From: Neovahlkampfia damariscottae
Taxonomy: Eukaryota
NCBI GenBank assembly: GCA_016618085.1
Contig: JABLTG010000040.1
Coordinates: 1-64,000 of the forward strand
DNA: 64,000 nucleotides
Reading direction: 5' to 3'
A program made the position numbers and the translations under genes. Within the stretch, counting starts at the first letter, position 1, and every line of letters begins with the position of its first letter. Below, one piece after another: positions 23,301 through 33,319 of the stretch. Below the pieces are notes generated by a model. It was given only the letters and a program-made list of their open reading frames with translations, did not search any database and was not told where the DNA came from.

Positions 23301-24373
23301 CACAAGAAAATAATTATCGTGATGCTGTTGAAGAAGATAAAAATCTTCATCGTAGTTATAGTCAAATCAAATCATTCACAATTAAAGATGTTCATTCTTT
23401 TACAGGAGGTGGTGCAAAAGAAGTTGAATTTAATGGTAAAGATGAAATGTTAAAAGCAGTCACAGAAATGAAAGAAAATGATCAAATTGAATATTTAGCA
23501 TTCAAAGTTGAAGGAAAAACATGTAGAGACTTACAATATATCCAATCAGATTTCAAACTTCATTCAGATGAATGGAATGAAAAATTCTTAGACCCAGAAG
23601 GAAATTATTATTTCATTATTGCAGTTAAATCATCAGAAATAGGTTATGGAATGGTGACAAAATATGTACTCGTAATTTGGAATGGTGCAAATGTTAAACC
23701 AATGAAAAAATCAAAATCAAGTGAAGTTAGATTTTCCATCTATTCATTGGTTAATGGTATTTTACAAATATCAAGTCAAATGTTTGCATCAAAACCAGAA
23801 GATTGTTCAAAAGATTCTCTTTTAGAAAAAATTACAGGATCAAGTTTAAGAGGTAATGAAATGGATCTAAAAGAAAAACAAGAAAAATATAAAGATCTTG
23901 GAAAACAAAAAACAGAACTTAAATTTAAAGATTTAAAAGAAATTCAAGATACAATTGAACAAATTACAGAAGAGACTGATGAAGTTGATTTTTTAATGGT
24001 AAAATATGTTCCAGACACAATTGATGAAATTGAATTATTCAAGAAAGGAAATGGAGGTCTTGATGAAATGAAACAATATTTGAAAGATGATGAAGTTTGT
24101 TTTATTGTACTTCGAGTAATGCATGCTTTTGGTTACGTAAAAGATCTTGAAGGTGCAGCGAAACCATATTATGGTATTATCCAATGGCAAGGTGAAAAAA
24201 TTACAGTTTTAGAAAAAGCAATGTCTTCTCATCATTTTAATGCTTTTAGTAAAACAGCAAGAAGAAAATTTGATAGACTTCAATTGAGTGTATCAGGTGG
24301 TCATTTACATTGTGAAAAATTAGAAGAATTTAATTTAGATAATCTCAAAAAAACAATGAGATTATTTGATTAG
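20304..24373 (+). CDS. Large actin-binding protein with about 7 tandem ADF-H (coactosin-like) domains
   Basis: Repeated units W/F-x-x-x-x-Y...G-x-G/N-G...L-D/E...V-x-Y...K-x-x-L-I-x-W-x-G; S/P-rich linkers; one intron near 20876-20910. Confidence 0.8.
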
Positions 24374-24504
24374 AGTTGAAAATAAAACCTTTTATTTTTT
24401 CTTAGAAACGAAGATTGGTGTGTTTATTATTGACTTTGATTTCAATTTTTTGTTTTTTCTTTTCATTGGTCAATTTCAGTCGTTTTTTTTGCAACGAATA
24501 AAGG

Positions 24505-24811
24505 ATGTCTCAAATTTTACCTGGTGCTATCGCTTGTGGTGCTTGTCTGTCATTTATAGGATTCAGTACAAATCTTGTAATCAGACTTCATGATGGAGAA
24601 GTAAGAAAGTTAAAAAAAATTTAAAAAAAAAAAAAAGAAAAGAGTAAAAGATATTCCATCATATTTTAGATATGGACTCATGATGAGAGATTTAGCAATT
24701 GGTGATGTTATTCATGGAGGTTTTCACAAAAAAGGTTCTGTTTATAAAGAACATGAAGATGCCATGGATAATTTATATCTCAAGTTATATAAAAGTAAAA
24801 ATGAGGAATAA
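24505..24811 (+). CDS. NDUFA1: Complex I accessory subunit NDUFA1 (MWFE)-like; exons 24505-24600 and 24638-24811 (absent from ORF track)
   Basis: Spliced 89 aa MSQILPGAIACGACLSFIGFSTNLVIRLHDGE-KRVKDIPSYFRYGLMMRDLAIG matches the NDUFA1 pattern ILPG...G.CL...KR......LM.RD..I. Confidence 0.7.
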
Positions 24812-24861
24812 TATGTTTAATTTCTTTGTTTTAAAAAAAAAACGTGTTTTTTATTTTTTTT

Positions 24862-25291
24862 TTATTTTTTTTTTGGTTTTGTTTTTTGTTTGAGATTTTT
24901 TTTCAATTCTTGTTCTAAAGAAGAGGCATCATAAATTTGAGCGTTTTCATCCATTTCCATTGCTGTGTCGTATTGTTGTTGTTGTAAATTCATTTGTTGT
25001 TGAAGTTGAGCATAGTATTGTTGTTGAATCAAATATTGTTGGTACATCATGTTTTGTTGTTGTTCTAATTCAAAATTTAGAGATTCATGCACAAAAAAAC
25101 ATCTTTTTTATTTGTGATTTTAAAAAAAATAAAACAAATTACTTCTCTCCGTATTTACAACCACCAGGCGAATTAAAAAATTTGCAAATTTCTTTGTTAT
25201 GTGAATTACTATGTGAAAATTGACATTTATCACCGTTCTTGCATCCACTTGGACTATTGTAAAAAGCACAAGGTTTTGTTGAGTTATTCAT
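24862..25291 (-). CDS. Small tandem CCCH zinc-finger protein
   Basis: KPCAFYNSPSGCKNGDKCQFSH...EICKFFNSPGGCKYGEK-CFFVH, then Q-rich tail; one intron. Confidence 0.75.
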
Positions 25292-25466
25292 TTTGTTTCG
25301 TCCAATAATATTTCAGACTGAAATGTAACGATAAAAAAGAAAATGAAAAATATTTTTTTTTAAATAATGGATACACTCAATTCTTCAAATTCAAAAAATT
25401 CATCTTTTCAAAATAACCAATCAAACTTTATTTCCCGTTTTTTTTTTTCTTCCAACTTCAACATTC

Positions 25467-28014
25467 ATGAGAAGCTGGAAAAAATTAAAATGTTCAGGTG
25501 AAATTCCACCACAGAGATCTAGACATTCAGGTGTTGTCCATGGTAATTTACTTTATGTCTTTGGTGGTACTTTTTATTTTTTATTTTTTTAATTTGTGGT
25601 AATGTGTAGGAACTGATGACAATGGAAAAATGAATGATTTAAGAAAGTTAAATTTAACAACTTTTGAATGGAAAAAAGTTGAAAATAAAGGAAATGCACC
25701 TTCAAAAAGATCAGGACATTCTGCTTGTATTGTAAATAACTGTATGATTATATTTGGTGGTTATGACATGCAATCTTGTTCAGATATTCATTTATTTTCA
25801 TTTAAAACAGCTACATGGGATAAAATATTGCCAATAGGTGATATTCCATCAAAAAGAAATCATCACAGTGCTACAGGCTATGAAGATTCAATGTAACAAA
25901 AAAATAATTAATTGATTCAAAGGTATGTTTTTGGAGGACATGGATGGAATGGTATTTCAAATGTTTTTTATAATGATGTTTATGAATTCAAGTTGACAAA
26001 TCAGAAGTGGACAAAAATTGAAACCTCTGGAGACATTCCTCTGAAAAGATATGACCATTCTTCAGTAGTTTATAAGAAACATATGTATATTTTTGGTGGT
26101 GAAGATAAATCCTTCATGAATGATTTGTTGAAGCTTAATTTGAAAACTTTTGAGTGGAAATTAATTGAAGCATCTGGTGACATTCCAACAAAAAGATCAG
26201 GACATAAATCGACAGTAATATTTATTATGCTTAATTATTTCAGGTGAATGTGTTAGGACAAACTTTAATGGTGTTTGGTGGCTACGATGGATCTTATTGT
26301 AATGACTTGTACAGTTTCAATTTTGTTAATCAAATTTGGACAAAAATAAAAACAAGTACTAATATTTGATTTTAATATTTTATAGATGGTGATGTACCTT
26401 TGAAAAGATATGATCATGTTGTCATTTCAAATAATGAATCATTGTAAAAATCCAAGTTTTTAATAATTTTTTATTAGGTTCATTTTTGGTGGAAATTGTG
26501 AACATTCTCTATCAAATGAAGTTTATGAATATAATTTTGGAAATCCTAATTCAATATTTTTATTCAAAAATTTAATTGAAAATGAAAATTATTCAGATTG
26601 TATTTTAATTTCAAATGAGAAAAAGAAATTTTTTTGTCATAAATTTTTAATATCACAAAGTGAATATTTGAATGATATATTGTTAAAAAATGAAGAAGAA
26701 ACTATTAATACATCTGAAGAAGAAGAAATTAAAGATAAAAAAATATTAGAAATTCAATTAGATTTGACCAATGAAATACTATCAGAAGTAAGAAATTTTT
26801 TAATTAAACAAAAAAAAAAGATTCTTTATTATTTATATTCAGGAAATATATTTCCAATTGGAAAAACTAAAGAAAAAACAGAATATTCATTATATGTTAA
26901 TTTAATTAAAGGATCAAAAGAATTACAATTAACATCCTTATATTACTTATATTTATCACAATTTGATTTAATAATTTCAATTGAAAATGTTTTAAACATA
27001 TTAATTTTATCAGAAAAATATGAATTAAAAATGTTAAAAAAATTATGTATTCATTTTTTCAAACAACATAAAAAAGAAATTAAAAAAGAAAGTGTTCTAA
27101 AGTTAGATAAAGAGATAATATATGATTTATTTAATGAATCTGAAGAAGAAGATGAGAATATTATTAATAACTTTTTGAATCAAAATTCAAATGATTTAGA
27201 AAATCATATACTAAAATTATATGAAACAAAAAATTATTGTGATGTTTATTTAATTTCATCTGATTTAGTTAAATTTAAATGTCACAAAGGAATTTTATCA
27301 AATTCATGTGAATATTTTGAGATAATGTTTTCTGGATTATTTGAGGAATCATTTAAAAATGAAATTTTTTTAAATGATGATTTGGATTCAATTACATTAG
27401 AATATATCTTAAATTTTATTTATACTAGAGATTTAGGATTAGTTGGTGATCATTTGATCTTAATAAATTTATTGAAATTTTCAGATTTTTCATTGATGAA
27501 AAATTTATTTGAATTGGCATTAGATCAATTAATTTCTTTAGTTAATATTGGAAATGCATTAGAAATATCACAATCTTGTGTTGAATTTGAAAATTCAGAT
27601 GATACAAGATTAAAAGATAAATGTATGAATGTTATCAAATCAACATCAAAAGAAGAATTAGTTGAAATTATTTTTACTCAACAAGAGTATCAAAAGAATT
27701 TAAAGGATCAAATAAAAAAGCAACATAATTTCATTTCAAAAAAAGAACATGAAAATATTTTAGAAAAAGTAAAATTAGAATATGAAGAAAAAATACAAAA
27801 TTTGATAAAAAATAATAAATTGAATTTTAATAATGTTAAAAAAGAACAAGAAGAAATTATTAATTTAACATCACCAAATGATAATTCCAATTCAGATGAA
27901 AGTGAAAATGAGAAATCTCCTTTGATTATTGGAAAAGATGAAGAATTGATTGAAAAACAAAATAGAAATAAAATTGAACAAGAAGAAGAGGATATTAAAG
28001 AAAAAGAGGATTAA
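25467..28014 (+). CDS. Kelch-repeat/BTB-BTB protein (LZTR1-like)
   Basis: Several Kelch repeats (PSKRSGHSA..MIIFGG, PLKRYDHSS..MYIFGG), then two BTB domains (YSDCILIS..FFCHKFLI; YCDVYLIS..FKCHKGILSNSCEYF). Confidence 0.8.
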
Positions 28015-28667
28015 TTAAATTCAAATTTCTTTTTTTTTTTCTTTTTTTGTGCATCTGGATTTCGATCTTCCCAAGTTGATTTTTTTAATTTACAAGGTCT
28101 ACTACCAATGTATTTTCCATCAAACTCCATGATAGCTTTTAAAAAATCTTCACCATCTAAATAAGAAACAAATCCATATCCTTTTGATTTGGATGTTGCT
28201 TTATCACGAACTATTTTAGCTTTAGCAAATGATGGATATTTTGAAAATGTATCTGATAACAATGTCTCATTTACATCATTTCCTAAATTTCCAACAAATA
28301 TTCTATAATCATTTTCTGGCCATTCTGCCAAACTTTCATCAGTCCATTTTTCATCACCTATTTTCCTGATGGTTCTTTTTTTTGCTTTGTTGTCCAATGT
28401 TGATGATGAACTGGATGTTTCTTCAGTTTCAAAATTTGGTTTTTTTATTCTTTTTTCACCTGTATAATTTGTTGGTTGTAGCATTGAAGATAAATTATAA
28501 GTTGGTTCAGCTGAAATTTTTTGAGATTTAATTTCTTTAAAATTGGTTTTTTTATTTTCTTGTTCATTTTGTTTCTCTTTTTTTGAATCTGTTATACTTT
28601 CTATTAAACTCTCAAATTCTGCAAATTCAGAATCTAAATCTTTTTTTTTTGGTCTGAAACTCTTCAT
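28011..28667 (-). CDS. RBM42: RNA-binding protein 42 homolog (RRM)
   Basis: W-D-SLAEWPENDYRIFVGNLGNDVNE...KSKGYGFVSY...GKYIGSRPCKLKKSTW. Confidence 0.9.
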   Translation of the reverse strand: MKSFRPKKKDLDSEFAEFESLIESITDSKKEKQNEQENKKTNFKEIKSQKISAEPTYNLSSMLQPTNYTGEKRIKKPNFETEETSSSSSTLDNKAKKRTIRKIGDEKWTDESLAEWPENDYRIFVGNLGNDVNETLLSDTFSKYPSFAKAKIVRDKATSKSKGYGFVSYLDGEDFLKAIMEFDGKYIGSRPCKLKKSTWEDRNPDAQKKKKKKKFEFN

Positions 28668-28718
28668 TTTGTTCTTTTTTCTTGAAAAATGTGAAAATTT
28701 GATTGGATAATTAAGAGT

Positions 28719-30971
28719 TTATTTAATTCTATGTCTTCTAAATACAGTTTTAAGTTGAGTATTCGTAACTTTTTTTTGAGATTTAATTTTTTCTTTTTCA
28801 TCTTTTGGAATTCTCTTTGAAGAATCTTCTCTTCTTTTTTTAATTTCTTCAATTAAATCCTTTTCATCTTTCAAAGATAAATCTTTAATTCTTTGACCTC
28901 TTTCAATTTTATCTAAATTTGTAATTGTTTTAAAAGAATATCCTTGATTTAATAAAAATTGTTGTCTTTTTGTACTAAAATACATTTCAGATGTATCACG
29001 AGAAATTAAAGAATAAAAAAATGCATTAAATCCACTTTTTTCATCTCCTTTTGGTCTTAAAATTCTACCTAAACGTTGAGTTTCTTGACGTCTTGATCCT
29101 TGTTGTGATGAAATTTGAATAATAACAGATGCATTAGGAATATCAATAGCAGTATCACCAACACGAGAAATGAATACAGTATTCAAATCCTTATTAAATT
29201 GAAATTGAGATAATACACTTAATCTTTCATGAACTAATGTTTCACCTGCAATAAATGGTTTTCCCAATAATTTTGCATAACGTCTTTGTGCATAAGTTGA
29301 ATCACAATAAACAATAACTTTATCACCTCTTGCTTCATGATATCTGATTAAAAATTCACATGCTCTAAATTTATTTGGATTCATTTCAAAAAAATCATTT
29401 TGTTTCATTGTTGATGTTTCTAAATATGCTTTAAAGAATTCAGGTGTCATATCACACCAAACTTCAACACATTGTACATTTGCTAAATATCCTTGTTTTT
29501 GAAGATCTAACCAATTTGCTTCATACAATTTAGGTCCAATTAAATGATAAAGATCTTCTTCTTTACCATCTTCTCTTAATAATGTTGCAGTTAATCCTAA
29601 TTTAGTATGTGCTTTTACAATGGACAAAACTTCTCTAAAATTTTTTGCAGGAATAACATGACATTCATCCATAACTAATAAACCCCATTCACGTCTTTGA
29701 ATTTCTTTCATAAAACTTTCTGATTCAGATGCTCTTTCACCTTTTCTTGAAAGCATTGAATAAGTTGTAAATACAACAATAGCACTTCCATCTCTTGGTA
29801 TTGAATCTTTTTCACCTGAAATCCAACGAACTAAACAATTATCATTTACATTTGTCCAAAGTTTAAATTGTTTATACCATTGAATAACAGACACAGTATC
29901 AGGACAAATTACTAATGTATTCTTTTTGACAGTTGAAACAGCAGTAATTCCAACTAATGTTTTACCAGCACCACATGGTAATACAATAATACCTGATCTT
30001 GCTCTTCCAGAACCAAACATTTTTGATAAACATTTTTCTTGATAACTTCTAATACTTGTACTTGTTTGTGCTTTTAAATCAATATCTAATTGTGGATTCT
30101 TTGGATCATTTAAATAATCATAATATTCAGTCATTGGTAAATCAATTCGAATACATCTTTCTTTTATTTTTTCAACTTTAGTTGAATCAATTTCAAATGA
30201 GTATGTAATTTCATCTTGTAAATTTGTATTTGTTGATGTTGATATAAATTCAAAATTTTCATTTTCTGATTTCTTTTCGTGAACATAAAATCCAAAGTTT
30301 TCATCCATTTCATATTCAACTTTTTTATTTTCAATAATTCTTGATTCTTTTATTAAATCTTCTCTTAATAATCTTTGTAATGTTGATGGATTTGTTGATT
30401 GAACAAAAAATGAATTATCTTCTAAAACTAATTTAACCTTTCCATATGCTTCAGTATTTTTTTTTATGAAATGAATGATATCATTATCTAATTCTATTTT
30501 GGATAATTTATCTAATACTGTTAAAATTACATCAGTTTCTAATCCAATGGAAACAGCAGCAAATAATGAATAAGGAGTTAATTTATATTCTTGTATTAAT
30601 TCAGGTCTTGAAATTGGTTCAGCAATTGCTACTAAAAAGTCATATGCTTGTTGATAAACAGGTGAAAAGGTTTCTAATACAATAGTTTTATTTGGACAAA
30701 CATAGAGTGGTCGATTTTCATGATCTTGTTTTAATTTTAAATTTGAATAATCACCAATATCAAATAAATCAGTTAATATTCCTATTTTTTTGAATAAAAT
30801 TTTTTTTTTTTTTTTTTACGGTTTTCTTCTTCTTGAATTTTTTTTTTTTTATTTTTTTTTGAATCTTTTTGTTCTCTTGTTCTTTTTAATGGATTTGTTT
30901 CTTCTATGGTCGCTTATATTTTAGTATTTGATATTTTCTTTACGTTTCGAATTTTGTTCGTTACTGTCCAT
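28719..30971 (-). CDS. ERCC3: TFIIH helicase/translocase XPB
   Basis: Upstream exon LKLKQDHENRPL...FSPVYQQAYDFLVAIAEP...YKLTPYSLFAAVSIGL; RARSGIIVLPCGAGKTLVG, DECH, LGLTATLLRED, GSRRQETQRLGRILR. Confidence 0.95.
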
Positions 30972-31054
30972 TGTTTTTTGGTTCTTCAAAACCGAGTTGA
31001 ATTTAATTGGTCATTTCCATTTTTATCAAATTATTGGAGAATTATTTTTACTTG

Positions 31055-32065
31055 ATGAAGATTTTTAAATACACAAAATATCCAAATTTATATCAAATTG
31101 AACGTTGTATTGGACATTCAAACTTCAAAAATGATGTTTTAGTGTCAATTTCACAAGAAAAACATGCCAAAAAAAACGTAATTTTTTTTTCTGGAGATGT
31201 GCAGGACTATGAAGAAAAAATGGCAATGAATTCATCAGAAAAAAAGTATATAGATTATAGTTTTGAAAATACTTGCATGAAACTACAAGATAAATTTAAA
31301 AATCAGAATATATTCCTAATTGTTCCTTCAAAAAAAGAAACTGTTTATTCTTTTAATGAATATTACAATTTTTATCATCCTGGGATCAGTTTAATTCATC
31401 TAAAAAAGTTATACGAAAATTCTATTCAATTCTTGAATCAAGGTAATTTAAAAAAAAAATAAAACAATCAAGAATACAAACTTGAACTTGATATTACAAC
31501 AGGTATCAATTTAATCGCTTTTTCAAAGGGTTGTGTTGTTTTAAATATGATTTGTTCAGAAATTTCTAATTTTTACAAGAATAATTCAACCTATCATCCT
31601 TGGTCCATTCCTGAAAATGAAAAAAAAATTCCAAGTTCAAAATCATTCAAAATTAACAAATTTTTTAAAATAGACATCTATCATATGAAACTATTTCAAA
31701 ACAAAAATTTAACAAATGATCTCGAAAATTTGAGAAAGGATACTTTGGAATTTTCATCAAAATTTACATCAATGCATTGGTTAGATTGTCATAGATTCAT
31801 CAATAATGATTTAATGTTGATTGATTTTATTGAGTATTTAAAAAAAAGCAATGATAAATTGAATTTAAGAATACACTCAACTTGTGAGTTATATGGCAAC
31901 AATGATAATTATTATAGGATTCATATTAAACCTGAATGTGATTATTTTATCGAATTCTTGAAAATGAAGTGGAAAAACAATTTACATTTTCAATATTTTG
32001 ATCAAGAAAAATCAATGAAAATTCATTTTTTGATCATTGAGAAATTCAAAGATTTTGATGAATAA
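31055..32065 (+). CDS. C2orf69/UPF0565-like protein
   Basis: IFFSGDVQDYEEKM, LIAFSKGCVVLN, MHWLD motifs; two exons. Confidence 0.7.
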
Positions 32066-32132
32066 TTTATACTTGATAGATTTCAAATACAGCTAGGTCA
32101 AGAAAATAGTCTATGTAAAATTGGATTTTATT

Positions 32133-33236
32133 TCAACATTCAGGTACTTCATTTAAGTCATACCCAACATATTTCATGTGGTCATCAACAGACCATTGCC
32201 AAAATGGTATTTTATATGAACATGTTTTATCTTCACCACTTCCATCACATTTTCTATAATTTTGTTGATCATTTTCAAACCACAATTCAGTTGGTGGGTG
32301 TGTATAAATAAATAATTTATCATGAACAACATGAGGAACTACATCTTTTCGATTCACAACTCTATATTGGTTTTTAACAAACTATTCAAAAAAAAAAAAT
32401 GATCAGATTTCATTAAAATTGATTACTGATGAATATCTTTTGACAAAAATTTCATTTCCTACTCTTGGTTTTCCATAGGAAATTAAATCAATTTTTCCTC
32501 TGAATTGTGATTCTTCTGATAAAACAGCTGCACAAATTTCGCCCAATGCTCCTCCTAAAATTCTTTTTATTTTAATAGATTTCGAACCTCTTGAATGACC
32601 AGTTATTAAAATACGAACATCTTCTGGTGCTTTAGATAATGCTGCTAATATTCTGGTATGAAGTTCTAAATATGAGGTATAAAAACCAGCATGAACCCTT
32701 GATCCTTCAATATTACCATGAGGAAATGGCATTGATTGCACATTTAAATTTGACCACCAATTCCTCAGATTTGTCATTTTTGTACCTCGAAATGAAATGA
32801 TAACTTAATAACAATAAAAAACAATTTTTCCAATTTCTTTACCATATTTTGAATTATATCCAACATAAACTAGTGAATCATAATTTTCATCTTCTATAAT
32901 ATCAATCACTTTTAATTTTTCTGTTGTTTTTTCACACCAAATGCATGTCCAATCTCGAACTTTTTGATGATCTTCACAATATGCAACAGAACTGAATAGC
33001 ATGGCATCTTTAAGGTGGTATATTGGGTGAGGTCCTCCAAATATACCAAAAAAAAATAAAATAATGATAAAAATAAAAAAAAAACACAAAAAACTTCCGA
33101 AACAATACCATAAACTGAAATACATCAATCTATCGCGCATTTGGTTCTTTTTTACATCCAAACCTTCCATAGGATTTGCTTCCAGATGTAATTTATCCAC
33201 TAATCTATTCTTTTCACCCTTTGGATTTTCATACAT
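32133..33236 (-). CDS. Class 3 lipase with N-terminal TM
   Basis: SSVAYC, ISFRGT, VHAGFY, ITGHSRG-GALG, YGKPRVGN, VNRKDVVPHV, DHMKY. Confidence 0.85.
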
Positions 33237-33319
33237 CAGTGATAAAAGAAGTTGAATTTATCTTGGAATCTATTTTGATTGGATCGGAGAATTAAATTTG
33301 TATTTAGAAGATAAGAAAA

